NCBI GenBank assembly: GCA_045106895.1
Contig: JBGCFM010000010.1
Span: 1-64,000, forward strand
DNA from: Polyangiales bacterium
GTDB taxonomy: Bacteria > Myxococcota_A > Polyangia > Polyangiales > Houyiibacteriaceae
Direction of reading: 5' to 3'
DNA length: 64,000 nt
Shown: piece by piece, positions 7,141 to 16,959 of the stretch
Position numbering within the stretch: the first letter of the stretch is position 1
Layout of the letters: each line of letters begins with the position of its first letter
Made by a program: the position numbers and the translations under genes
The notes under the pieces: model-generated
Told to the model about the DNA's origin: nothing
Databases searched by the model: none
What the model saw: only the letters and a program-made list of their open reading frames with translations

Positions 7141-8694
7141 TCACTCGCTCGCCGCGCGACGTCGGCGCCAGAGCAACACAACCATCGCGAAGAGCGGAAG
7201 TCCGGAGAGTGGGCTGCTTCCTCCCACGGCGCAGCCGCCGCTGATCTCTGGGTTCTCACGGGTTCCGGCGTCACCGCCAGGGCCCACATCGCCGCCGGGG
7301 CCCGCGTCTGAGCCGACGCCGCCGTCGCCGCACTCGTCGTTGCGATCGCAGTTGGCGTCGAGGCCGTCACCGCAAGGGTCGTCGGCGCCGGGGTGAACAC
7401 TGGCGACTTCGTCATCGCAGTCTTCGCCGCGCGGGTAGCCATCACCGTCGTTGTCGATGGGCATCGAACCGCATACGGCGCCCATGCCGTCGGCGAGGCA
7501 TCCGAACTCGCAAGTCTCGTCTTCAACGCCGGCCGCGATGCAGCGCGTACGCGTGTCGTCATCCTTGCAGCTCCAGCGAGCGCTGGTGCCCGCTGGGCAG
7601 TCCGTGGGCGTCACCGTGACGCGGACTTGAATGACGTTGTCCGCCGGCGAAGAGAACCAAGCGACGCCTTCGCGGAGGAAGTTGAAGTACTGGATGTACT
7701 CACCTGGGGCGTCTGGGGCTCGAAGGGTAAACTCGAAGCGGCCCGTCGCGCCGGGCTCTACGACTCGGTCCACGGTGGCAGGTCGACCCGGACTCACCCA
7801 GTCGGGGCCAGCCAACGCGCTGTCGGCGTCGCGGGGTTCCGTCGTGCCCACGAAAACTTCGCCGGGTCGCCAGGTTTCCGTTCCGCCGTTGCGAAACTCC
7901 AAGTGACCGAGGGACTCTTCGCCAGGGCCCAGTTCGAAAGGCATGCTCGCGAGAGGGAACGTTTGATTGACGTACTCAGCGACGTATTCGCGCCCGGCGA
8001 CCTCGCCCCAGAAGTCCGCCCCCATCTCGTTGTAGATGTCGATGGTGTGGTCACGGTAACGCTCGTAGCGAGATGGAAAACAGCTGAAGCTAGGTCGGCA
8101 TCCGTTGTAGTAGTGCGTGACCGTGCGAACCCATGCGTCCCACTGAGCGTTGTCGATGCGTACGCCGTTCATCCACTCGATGGCCTGTGCAGCATTGTCG
8201 ACGCCGCTGATGTACGTGGAGCGGATGACCATCGCTGTGACAAAATCAACGGCGGCTTGAACGTTGCCTTCGATGGTGAGGATACGCGTCCCCTCTCGCG
8301 CGATGGTGTCCTCGAAGGTGCCGGCGTCGAACTGAAAGAGTCCGAGTCCGCCCTGGCGGATAGAACAGGGGCCGTCACCCGAACCGGCGACGACTGGCCC
8401 TCCGCCACAGTCTGGCGAGCTGAGCCCTTGGCAAGCCCAGGTTAGCTCAGACCAGCAGTGGGCGAGTTGAGTCTCCGCGTCACCAATCCCCGCCAACAGC
8501 CAGCCTTCCTCCAGGCCTACGGCGGCGGCGGCGTCGCGGATCTGGGCGGCACGAACACGGCGCTCGGCGGCGCTCAGTGAGCTCGTGGTGGACGAGAATT
8601 CCCGGTATTCAAGCGGCGCTTCCGTGGAGCAGCTCGATAGGCTGGAAGCGCAAAAGGCTGCGATTACAAGGGAGAGGCCGACTTTTCGATTCAC
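7141..8694 (-). CDS. Surface protein with lysozyme/SLT-like domain, NBR1-like Ig domain, MopE-like repeat, MYXO-CTERM
   Basis: Lipobox-like LSSC; GIGDAET..GLGLFQF..HYYNG; F.N.GT.TW...V.PG..G.F.F.L.AP...G.Y; C-terminal SGGCAV..TM..RRRR. Confidence 0.75.
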   Translation of the reverse strand: MNRKVGLSLVIAAFCASSLSSCSTEAPLEYREFSSTTSSLSAAERRVRAAQIRDAAAAVGLEEGWLLAGIGDAETQLAHCWSELTWACQGLSSPDCGGGPVVAGSGDGPCSIRQGGLGLFQFDAGTFEDTIAREGTRILTIEGNVQAAVDFVTAMVIRSTYISGVDNAAQAIEWMNGVRIDNAQWDAWVRTVTHYYNGCRPSFSCFPSRYERYRDHTIDIYNEMGADFWGEVAGREYVAEYVNQTFPLASMPFELGPGEESLGHLEFRNGGTETWRPGEVFVGTTEPRDADSALAGPDWVSPGRPATVDRVVEPGATGRFEFTLRAPDAPGEYIQYFNFLREGVAWFSSPADNVIQVRVTVTPTDCPAGTSARWSCKDDDTRTRCIAAGVEDETCEFGCLADGMGAVCGSMPIDNDGDGYPRGEDCDDEVASVHPGADDPCGDGLDANCDRNDECGDGGVGSDAGPGGDVGPGGDAGTRENPEISGGCAVGGSSPLSGLPLFAMVVLLWRRRRAASE

Positions 8695-8754
8695 CAAAGC
8701 ACTATACGTTAGCTGCGCCGCCTTGGGGAGGGCTGAGCCCTTTGACGGTTCTCC

Positions 8755-10485
8755 GTGGGCAATAATGCGCTATGGTCTCGCGCCTTGGATGAGACACGGT
8801 CCCATTTAGCGGAGCTTTTTGCTGGCCGTTTTACGATTCACCGGAAGCTCCCGTGGAACGGGATGGCGCTCGTCTACCACGCGTCGTCGTTAAACGACGC
8901 CGTCGCGCTGGCCGTGCTGCCTCTCGATTGCGAAGCCACGGGTGCCAACCACGAGGTCTTCACGCGGACCATGGACCGCGTGGCCACGGTTCCTCATCCG
9001 GTCTTTCTTCCGATCAAGGAAACGGGGATTCAACTTGGAGTTCCGTTCGTCGCCTACCACTGGGAAGAGCGCGAGTGCCTTGAGGCGATGCTCCAAGGCG
9101 GCGCACTCTCGTGGGGTCTGGCGTCCCGGGTCGCGCGGCGTGTTCTACAGGGTCTCCTCAGCGCGCACGAGCAAGGCGTGTTTCACGGCGACCTGACGCC
9201 TTCGAACGTCCTCTATTCGCCGGATGACGATGAGGTCCGCGTCGTAGGCCTCGGCTTTGCGCCAATGCTTCGACTCGTGAGGCCCGACACAACGGGTCCG
9301 ACGGGACGTGGTTCTGGCCCGGGCGCGGTCCGATACTTGGCGCCGGAGATTCTGAGCGGCGAGCGCGGGAGCAGCAAAGCGGACGTCTTCGCCGTCGGCG
9401 CTCTCCTCCATCGCATGATGAGTGGACAAGCGCCGGGCAAAGGCACCGTCGACGAGAGCGAAGTTCCGGGTCTCGCGAGCTTCATCTCCGTGGCGATGAA
9501 CGCGGATCCCGCGAAACGATTTGCCGACGTCGCCGCGATGCTGAAGGCGCTCCTCGCCCTGGATGCCGCGCCGGTAAAACGGGAGCCGAGCGTCGCGATT
9601 CCACTCTGGGAAGATGCGCCTCGGAAAGCGGCGGCTTCGACGAAGCCCGCCAAGAGCCGCACGGGTTTGTGGTTTGCGCTCTTGCTCCTCCTGGTGGCTG
9701 TGGGCGCTGCCGTATTTGTGGGGATGCAGCCCAAGAGCGACGCGAACGATGACGTCGCCGATGTGGATCAAGGTGCGAGGGACGACGCGAGTGAGGAGCG
9801 CCCGTCCACGGATGAGCCGGACCACGATGAGGTGCCTGTTGAGAGCGACCCCTCGGGCGGCGAGCTCGCAGACGAAGCCCTCGACGAAGCCCTCGACGAA
9901 GTGCTCGAGGGGGTCGCAAACGAAGCCCTCGAGTCCGAGGACGAGCTGGCGGAAGCGAGCGACGACGTCGGTGAGCTCGCCGGCGAAGTGCCCGATGAAG
10001 TGGATGAAGCGGAAGAGATGCCCGACGAGGCCCCCGCCGCGCCCGCGGGAGACGGGCTTCTGTCAGGTGAACTTCCGGACTTCCTTGCCGAGACCATGGC
10101 GAAGATTCGGGATGGCTATCAGTTCGAGCATCCGGACTACCGAGAGATCTACGGCTGGATTCGCAACCACCGAGAGGACGTTCGTGGACACCTCGTACTG
10201 AGCCGCGCGTTCATGAGTCGTGGCTGGTACACCGCGGCCTTCGAGCGTTACGGGCACCTTTTCGGCGACTTCCCCGAAGAGACTCAAGGCGATCCGCAGT
10301 CGCTTCGGGACCTCATCGAGATCATTGGAAAAGGCGACGACATGCTCGATGTCGTCTTCCCGATGCTGCGGCGCTACTACGGCCGCGACGCACTTCCAGA
10401 AGTCGAAGCGGCGATGGCGGCGACGGAGCGTCGGCGGGAGACGCGTCAGCTTCGCGCTCTGCAGCGCCGTCTCAACCGTCTCTAG
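8755..10485 (+). CDS. Membrane Ser/Thr pseudokinase with acidic linker and helical C-domain
   Basis: Kinase fold (HGDLTPSNV, YLAPE, DVFAVG) but VAIK->ALAV and DFG->GLG; one TM helix. Confidence 0.85.
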   Translation: MGNNALWSRALDETRSHLAELFAGRFTIHRKLPWNGMALVYHASSLNDAVALAVLPLDCEATGANHEVFTRTMDRVATVPHPVFLPIKETGIQLGVPFVAYHWEERECLEAMLQGGALSWGLASRVARRVLQGLLSAHEQGVFHGDLTPSNVLYSPDDDEVRVVGLGFAPMLRLVRPDTTGPTGRGSGPGAVRYLAPEILSGERGSSKADVFAVGALLHRMMSGQAPGKGTVDESEVPGLASFISVAMNADPAKRFADVAAMLKALLALDAAPVKREPSVAIPLWEDAPRKAAASTKPAKSRTGLWFALLLLLVAVGAAVFVGMQPKSDANDDVADVDQGARDDASEERPSTDEPDHDEVPVESDPSGGELADEALDEALDEVLEGVANEALESEDELAEASDDVGELAGEVPDEVDEAEEMPDEAPAAPAGDGLLSGELPDFLAETMAKIRDGYQFEHPDYREIYGWIRNHREDVRGHLVLSRAFMSRGWYTAAFERYGHLFGDFPEETQGDPQSLRDLIEIIGKGDDMLDVVFPMLRRYYGRDALPEVEAAMAATERRRETRQLRALQRRLNRL

Positions 10486-10535
10486 ACCCTGCCTGATTCC
10501 GTCCCTGCCTGATTGCGTCGTGTTAGTGTCGGCGC

Positions 10536-11564
10536 ATGAGTGATGCTGCTATCTCGCGCGAGGCGCGTGAGCTCTACGCCAAGAGCGATGTCATCGACCT
10601 CCACCTGGACTCGTTCATTTGGACGCGGATCTTTGGATACGATCTGCGCAAAGCCCACGGCCAAGGTGTGTTTGGCGACCGATTCTACAGCCACACGGAC
10701 TTTCCTCGCTGCCTCGAAGCGGGGCTCACCGGCGCGACGTGGATCATCACGACCAATCCTGCGCGTCCTTCTCGGAACCGGCGCGACACATTCTTCCGCA
10801 ACCTCGCGCGGCTTGAAGGCCTCTTCGCGAGCGAGCGCGAGCGTTTCGCCATCGTCAAGACCGCTGCCGAGTACGAGGCTGCGCGCGCTGCCGGAAAACA
10901 CGGAGCGTTTCTGGGGATTCAGGGCGGCAACGCGCTGGACTTCGACTTGGACGACCTACGCTTGCTTCGGCAACGCATTCTCCGGATCACATTGGTTCAT
11001 CTCACGAAGTCCAAGCTCGGTGCTTCCAGCGCACCCCTCGGTCGCGGTCTGAGTCGTCGTGATGGTCTGACGGATCTAGGACGCGACTACGTGCGCGTTT
11101 GCAACCAAGAGAAGATCTTCGTCGACCTCGCGCACATCAGCCGGCAAGCGTTCTTTGATGCGGTGGCGGTGCACGACAAGAGTCAGCCGCTGATGGTGAC
11201 GCACACCGGCATCGCAGGCGTCTACGAACACTGGCGTAACATCACGGATGAGCAGATCAAGGCCGTCGCAGACACCGGCGGCACCGTGGGTGTGATGTTC
11301 CAAGCAGACTTCCTGGGGCGCCGTAACGTCAGTGTGGAGACCATCGTCGACCACCTTGAGCACGTCGTCGCCGTCGCCGGCGAGGACGTCCCTTCCATCG
11401 GGACGGACTACGACGGCGCCATCGTGCCACCGAAAGACATGCCGAACCCCATGTCGATGCCCAAGCTCGTTGACGCCATGCTCCGGCGAGGGTTCAGCAC
11501 GGACCTCGTCCAGAAGATCCTCGGCGGCAACGCCCTTCGCACGATCCGTACACTACGCGGCTGA
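10536..11564 (+). CDS. Membrane dipeptidase (peptidase M19, amidohydrolase fold)
   Basis: IDLHLD, VDLAH, VTH, RNITDEQIKA, IGTDYDG, KILGGN. Confidence 0.9.
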   Translation: MSDAAISREARELYAKSDVIDLHLDSFIWTRIFGYDLRKAHGQGVFGDRFYSHTDFPRCLEAGLTGATWIITTNPARPSRNRRDTFFRNLARLEGLFASERERFAIVKTAAEYEAARAAGKHGAFLGIQGGNALDFDLDDLRLLRQRILRITLVHLTKSKLGASSAPLGRGLSRRDGLTDLGRDYVRVCNQEKIFVDLAHISRQAFFDAVAVHDKSQPLMVTHTGIAGVYEHWRNITDEQIKAVADTGGTVGVMFQADFLGRRNVSVETIVDHLEHVVAVAGEDVPSIGTDYDGAIVPPKDMPNPMSMPKLVDAMLRRGFSTDLVQKILGGNALRTIRTLRG

Positions 11565-11584
11565 GCAGCGTCTCTCGATTGCGC

Positions 11585-12772
11585 TCAACGAAGCGCGACG
11601 GCGCTGTAGACCATGGTGCCGACGAGGCTGAAGAAGCAGAACAGACTCACCACCCACACCAAGACGCTGACCCACGCGGCATCTTTCCAAGAGTCCGGGG
11701 GCGTCTTGTCCGCGCCCGCGTCCGATTTGGCGTCCACCTTCTGCGGGTGCACGTCTTTCGGCGCCTCCGTGGCTTTGGCCTTCTTGGCGGACGTCCTGTC
11801 GTCATTGTCTGATGTACTCGATGCGAGCGTTCGCTCTTCGGCCTTGATGAGGACGGACGAAGTTCCCGCCGTTGAGCGTGGCTCGGAGCGCTCCACGGGT
11901 TTGTCGACGGCGTCCCCATCGAACTCTTTGATGGCGTCGAAGAAGGCGTTGGCGTCCTTGAAACGTCGTGCAGGATCTTTGGCGAGGGCGTCTCGAAGAA
12001 CCACCTCGAGGCCAGGGTCGATGCCCGCATCTGGTCGAATGGAGGAGAGCTGCGGCACCTCCTCGAAGAGGTGTGCGCGGAGGAGCTCTGAGCGGCGTGT
12101 TTGTTGGAAAGGGCGTTCGTCCGCCAGCATTTCGTAGAGGACGATGCCGGTGCTGTAGACATCCACCCGCGCATCGACGGCGATGCCTGTGATCTGCTCC
12201 GGCGCCATATAAGCGGGGGTTCCGACGACGCGGCCTTTGCGAGTGAGTGTTCCTTCGGCGTCGGCTTCATCGTGGGAGAGGAACTTGGCGAGACCGAAGT
12301 CGAGGATACGGACGTCGGGCTCCGCGTCTTTTTCTCCGACCAAAAACACATTGGCGGGTTTTAGGTCGCGATGGGCGATCTCTTGCTCGTGCGCATGGGC
12401 GAGGGCGGACAAGATCTGCCGAGTGATGGCGAGGGCGTGGGCGGGCGTGATCGGAGCGCGCTGAAGGCGGGCTTCAAGGGTCTCGCCTTCGAGCAACTCC
12501 ATGACGATATAAGCCGCGTCATGTTCGACGCCAAAGTCCTCGATCTGAACGATGCCGGGGTGCCGCAGCTTGCGAAGGACCTTTGCCTCGCGCTCAAAGC
12601 GCCGCTTGATCGTTTCGAGGTTTGCGGCGTCGGGGGAGAGTACCTTGATCGCGAAGGTGCCCTCGGGGTCTTCACGCTCTGCGCGATAGACGGTCCCGGT
12701 GGCACCGTGGCCAATGCGCTCCGCAATGGTGAAGCCGCCGAGACGCGTGTCGATTCGAGGGTCGTCGTACAC
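11585..12772 (-). CDS. Ser/Thr protein kinase with C-terminal TM
   Basis: GHGATGTV, AIK, HRDLKPAN, DFG, GTPAYMAPE. Confidence 0.95.
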   Translation of the reverse strand: MYDDPRIDTRLGGFTIAERIGHGATGTVYRAEREDPEGTFAIKVLSPDAANLETIKRRFEREAKVLRKLRHPGIVQIEDFGVEHDAAYIVMELLEGETLEARLQRAPITPAHALAITRQILSALAHAHEQEIAHRDLKPANVFLVGEKDAEPDVRILDFGLAKFLSHDEADAEGTLTRKGRVVGTPAYMAPEQITGIAVDARVDVYSTGIVLYEMLADERPFQQTRRSELLRAHLFEEVPQLSSIRPDAGIDPGLEVVLRDALAKDPARRFKDANAFFDAIKEFDGDAVDKPVERSEPRSTAGTSSVLIKAEERTLASSTSDNDDRTSAKKAKATEAPKDVHPQKVDAKSDAGADKTPPDSWKDAAWVSVLVWVVSLFCFFSLVGTMVYSAVALR

Positions 12773-12877
12773 GTCGCGAGCATAGCTTGCGGGGTCACGA
12801 ACACACGCGAAAAGTCCATGGACCGCTCTCCTGCAGGGATTGCGCGGCGAATCGAAGACTGCGCTATGCTTCCGCCC

Positions 12878-13669
12878 ATGCGCATCGCCCTCCTCGCTAC
12901 GATTCTAAGTGTTCCCGTTGTGGCGTCAGCCCACGTGGACATGCTCGACCCGCCGAGGCGCTACGGCTTGCGAGACCTCAAGGATGGACCCTGCGGGATT
13001 CCTTTCGGTGCCGCCGGAGATGTCGTCGCGACCTACGAAGGTGGCTCGACCATCGACATCGAGATCACGGAGTACGTTGAACACCCGGGTCACTACCGCG
13101 TGGCGCTCGACGTGGACGGTGGCGACGACAACCTCGGCGATCCGATCTGTCTGACGAACTGCGACGACCGTCGCTCCGCCGACCCCACCTTCGAAGAGCC
13201 CGCGGATGTGCTGGTGCTGGGAAACTTCGAGGATGACCCAGCGGAGGCGCAAACGCTGACGGTCACGCTCCCGGATATCGCCTGCGAGCGATGCACGCTT
13301 CAGGTCATCCAGGTGATGTACGACAAGCGCCCCTACACCATCGGCGGCGACGACAACTACTACCGATGCGCCGATATCGCCATCACGAGCGCAGGCCCCG
13401 GAGACGCAGGCCCGGGAGACGCAGGTTCTGGGGGAAGCGACGCGGGAACCCCACTCGACGCTGGCTCCGCCGATGATGCCGGGCCCGGGCTCGACGCGGG
13501 GAGCGATGCGGGACTCGTCGGAGATTCTGGCAGCCCAGGCGCAGACGCGGGTCTCGCGCCCGACGATGACGGAGGGTGCGCCGTAGGGAGTTCCCGTTCC
13601 GGCAGCGTGTTTTTCTACCTCCTGGCCGGGCTCGCCCTCTGGCGTCGTCGGCTTCGATGCGCCAGCTGA
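12878..13669 (+). CDS. LPMO-like (SCE4755-type) His-brace protein with MYXO-CTERM
   Basis: Signal ..ASA|H gives N-terminal His; GPCG, HPGHYRVA, CERCTLQ, YYRCADI; DAG linker; GGC..TM..RRR. Confidence 0.8.
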   Translation: MRIALLATILSVPVVASAHVDMLDPPRRYGLRDLKDGPCGIPFGAAGDVVATYEGGSTIDIEITEYVEHPGHYRVALDVDGGDDNLGDPICLTNCDDRRSADPTFEEPADVLVLGNFEDDPAEAQTLTVTLPDIACERCTLQVIQVMYDKRPYTIGGDDNYYRCADIAITSAGPGDAGPGDAGSGGSDAGTPLDAGSADDAGPGLDAGSDAGLVGDSGSPGADAGLAPDDDGGCAVGSSRSGSVFFYLLAGLALWRRRLRCAS

Positions 13670-14916
13670 GCCCCCGACAGACGGTACTGCTTTTGGCGGG
13701 CCTCTCCATGTGCGCGGCGGGGGCACTCGCTCAAGAGCGTGCGCCGAACCGTCCAGCGCACCTTCCAGCGCAAAACCATCCATCGCAGAACCGAGCCGCG
13801 CAAACGCCTTCGGCGGGACAACCCACGGGCCAGGTCACCATCGTCGCGGGGGGAGATATTCTCCTGCACATCAAGGTGAACAAAGCCGCGGCGCGTCATG
13901 GCTGGACTCGGCTCTTCGCGTCGCTCCGCGATGAACTACCGGAGGAACACATCGCCTTCGCAAACCTGGAGACGCCCCTCGTCGACGACGTGAGCGAAGT
14001 GGTGACAGGCTCGCCTCCGGTTCTCGGTTCACGCCTTGAGGCCGCCGGGGCGCTCTCCCATGCGGGCTTCGACGTGCTCGGCTGCGCCAACAATCACGCC
14101 TATGATCAACGGAGCTCGGGCGTCGCACGAACCGTCGCTCGTGTTCGGGAAGAAGGCATGGAGAGCGTGGGGGCAGAGGCCGAAGAAGCGGCGCTCTGGG
14201 AGCCACGCATCGTCACCCGCAGCGACATGCGCGTCGCGTTTCTCTCGGTGACCGATGGCATCAATCGCGGACCCGGCCGGCCGATCCTCGCGCATGTCGC
14301 TTCGATGAGCGAAGAAGAGAAGCTCATCGCGGCCATCCACCAAGCCCGTAGCCGCGCCGACGTTGTCGTTCTGGCGGTCCACTGGAGCTACGACTACGCG
14401 CCTCGCGTCTCGCATCGCCAGCGCCGAAGAGCGCACCGCTGGGTGGAAGCAGGCGTCGACTACGTCGTCGGCACAGGGCCGCACGTGCTGCATCCCGTCG
14501 AACGACTTCAGTCTTCTCGAGGCGACGCGCTCATCGCCTACTCTTTGGGCAATCTCATTTCAAACCAGGGCCAGCGCTGGGAACCTGGCCGCCGAATCTC
14601 GCGTGCAGCACACACCGCGGTGCGGATTCCAGACACCCGTGACGGAATTCTGCTGCGGGCGACGTTCGTCAAAGAGGACGGACGGCTCCATTTGCAGCCG
14701 GTTGTGGGCGTGCCGCTCTTCACGGAGAACAACTTCTGGACCTGGTGGCGGTCGCGGAGCGAAGGGCACGATATTCGCGTCGTACCCCTACGAGACGCGC
14801 CTTTCGATGTTCAACAGAGCCGTTTTCCGGCGATTCGAGAAGCCCTTGGGCCCTCCGTGCAAGTCCTCGGCGAGCCGCGTGATACTGGAGAATTAGGCTC
14901 TTCCGCGCTACCCTAG
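13657..14916 (+). CDS. CapA/PGA_cap family metallophosphatase-like protein
   Basis: GGDI, ANLE, ANNHAYD, VHW, GPHV, YSLGN. Confidence 0.9.
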   Translation: MRQLSPRQTVLLLAGLSMCAAGALAQERAPNRPAHLPAQNHPSQNRAAQTPSAGQPTGQVTIVAGGDILLHIKVNKAAARHGWTRLFASLRDELPEEHIAFANLETPLVDDVSEVVTGSPPVLGSRLEAAGALSHAGFDVLGCANNHAYDQRSSGVARTVARVREEGMESVGAEAEEAALWEPRIVTRSDMRVAFLSVTDGINRGPGRPILAHVASMSEEEKLIAAIHQARSRADVVVLAVHWSYDYAPRVSHRQRRRAHRWVEAGVDYVVGTGPHVLHPVERLQSSRGDALIAYSLGNLISNQGQRWEPGRRISRAAHTAVRIPDTRDGILLRATFVKEDGRLHLQPVVGVPLFTENNFWTWWRSRSEGHDIRVVPLRDAPFDVQQSRFPAIREALGPSVQVLGEPRDTGELGSSALP

Positions 14917-14922
14917 CCGCGA

Positions 14923-16959
14923 ATGGCGCGACGCTTTACGGAAACATTCCCTCGTCTGGCGGAGCTGATGCCGCCGGACAACGCGAAGGAAGAGCCGGCG
15001 GAACGCAAACGCGTGGAGACGACGATCCGTTTGTTGATCGGCCTCGCGATGGTGTTTGTTTTTCAATACGCCCGCCTTGGTCTCACGGTCATGGCGGCGG
15101 CCGTCGGCGGCACGGCGTTCATGTGCTTCGGGCTCCTCTACGGAATCAAACGTTACGGACACGCACGCAGGTTTGGCGAGGTCGCCCTCGCGGGCCTCTT
15201 CCTCCTCCTCATCCTGTCCAACTACTATTCCGGGGGCTTCTACGACCCGAACTTCTCGTGGTTCCTGGTGGTACCGGTGGGGTCCGCCGTCGTTCTCGGC
15301 CACTGGGTCGCAGTTCGATGGACCGTTGCAACGACGTTGGTGGCCATCGGGTTCTGGGTTGCCGAAGAAGTCGGCTACACCTTCGTCAGCGCGATCCCGA
15401 TATCGGAACGCAACTACCACGCCCTCGCAAATCAAGCGTCCGCGATCATTGCCGTTGGCGCGCTCATGTGGGTGTTCGTTCGCTCTCACACCAGCGCCGA
15501 AGCTCGCGCCGTCGCCGCACAGAAAGCGCTGCTCAAAGAACGCGAACGGCTTCGTGTCCTCGCGCATTTTGACTCGCTGACGACGCTCCCCAACCGGCAC
15601 ACGTTTGAACTCAGCCTGGAGCGAAACCTCGCCGCCGGGAAACCCCTCGCGCTGGTCTATCTGGACCTCTCGCGCTTCAAAGACGTCAATGACGCGTTCG
15701 GCTACGCCGTGGGTGACGCGTTGCTCATCGAGGTGGCGCAGCGTTTTGCCACCGTCGTTCACAAAGGACCGGCTCCGGTTCACCTCGCCATCGAACGTTA
15801 TGACGATGGACCGCTTTTGGCCCGCCGCGGCGGTGACGAGTTCGTCATTATTCTGCCGGGGGCGTCGGGCGCTGAGGCTGCCCAGCTAGCTCAGAAGCTC
15901 GTTCGCTCGCTCCAAGAGCCCGTCAGCGTACCGCCTCACCGCCTTCATGTCGCAGCCTGCGTTGGCATCGCCCTCGGACCTACCGACGGCACGACTGTCG
16001 CGGGTCTTGTGCGGGCCGCCGATATTGCCCTCTCGCGGGTCAAGCAGCGAGGCGTCGGCGGCGTCGACTTCTACGAAGAGGAAGCCCTCGAGTCCGTACG
16101 GCGAAGAGTGCTCATCGAGACGGCGCTCCGCGAAGCCATCGAAGAAGGGGAACTGCGTGTCCTCTATCAGCCGCTCTTCGACATGAAAGGCGAGGTCGTT
16201 GGCGCCGAGGCGCTGATGCGATGGGACTCGTCGATTCTGGGCCCGGTCTCTCCCAACGAGTTCATCCCCATCGCCGAACGCACCGGCCAGATGCGCGAAC
16301 TTGGACGCTGGGTTCTCGCGACGGCCTGCCGCGAAGCTTCCAACTGGCCGGACCACATCCGCATCAGCGTGAACGTGTCCGTCGCGCAGCTTCGCGGGGC
16401 TTACCTCGTCGACGCAGTGCGCGAGGTACTCGACATCACGGCGCTTCCACCGCGACGACTGGAGCTGGAGATCACCGAGTCGCTCCTCGCGGACGACAGC
16501 TTCATGCGGACGGTCCTCGGCGAGTTGCGAGGCCTCGGCGTGTCTCTCGCCCTCGATGACTTCGGCACCGGTTTCTCCTCTCTTGGTGTTCTGCGGCAGC
16601 TGCCCGTCGACCGACTCAAGGTCGACCGTAGCTTCGTTCAGAACATGCACGTCAATGACGGGGATGCGGCCCTCGTTCGCACCATCGTGGCGATGGGCCG
16701 CGAACTGGGACTGCATGTCCTCGCTGAGGGAGTGGAGCTTCAGGAGCAGTTTGACGCCCTGCGTGAACTCGGTTGTGACGAGGTTCAGGGATACCTGCTC
16801 GGGCGCCCACTGGGAACGGCGGCGTTCCGCGATCGTGTCGACCTCGCCTCTCGCCGACAGCTCCCCGCCGAGGCACGAGCGGACGCTGAAACTAACGAAG
16901 AGCAGTTTCCTCGTGACACCGATCCCCTTCGTAAAATCATCCCCATCGGCGGTTCGTGA
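14923..16959 (+). CDS. Membrane diguanylate cyclase/phosphodiesterase (GGDEF-EAL)
   Basis: N-terminal TMs; RRGGDEF; EAL, DDFGTGFSSL, KVDRSFV, AEGVE. Confidence 0.95.
   Translation: MARRFTETFPRLAELMPPDNAKEEPAERKRVETTIRLLIGLAMVFVFQYARLGLTVMAAAVGGTAFMCFGLLYGIKRYGHARRFGEVALAGLFLLLILSNYYSGGFYDPNFSWFLVVPVGSAVVLGHWVAVRWTVATTLVAIGFWVAEEVGYTFVSAIPISERNYHALANQASAIIAVGALMWVFVRSHTSAEARAVAAQKALLKERERLRVLAHFDSLTTLPNRHTFELSLERNLAAGKPLALVYLDLSRFKDVNDAFGYAVGDALLIEVAQRFATVVHKGPAPVHLAIERYDDGPLLARRGGDEFVIILPGASGAEAAQLAQKLVRSLQEPVSVPPHRLHVAACVGIALGPTDGTTVAGLVRAADIALSRVKQRGVGGVDFYEEEALESVRRRVLIETALREAIEEGELRVLYQPLFDMKGEVVGAEALMRWDSSILGPVSPNEFIPIAERTGQMRELGRWVLATACREASNWPDHIRISVNVSVAQLRGAYLVDAVREVLDITALPPRRLELEITESLLADDSFMRTVLGELRGLGVSLALDDFGTGFSSLGVLRQLPVDRLKVDRSFVQNMHVNDGDAALVRTIVAMGRELGLHVLAEGVELQEQFDALRELGCDEVQGYLLGRPLGTAAFRDRVDLASRRQLPAEARADAETNEEQFPRDTDPLRKIIPIGGS

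Noticed and set aside
13657..14916. Poly-gamma-glutamate capsule locus
   Set aside because: Only a CapA-family gene; no capB or capC nearby, and stand-alone CapA proteins are common.
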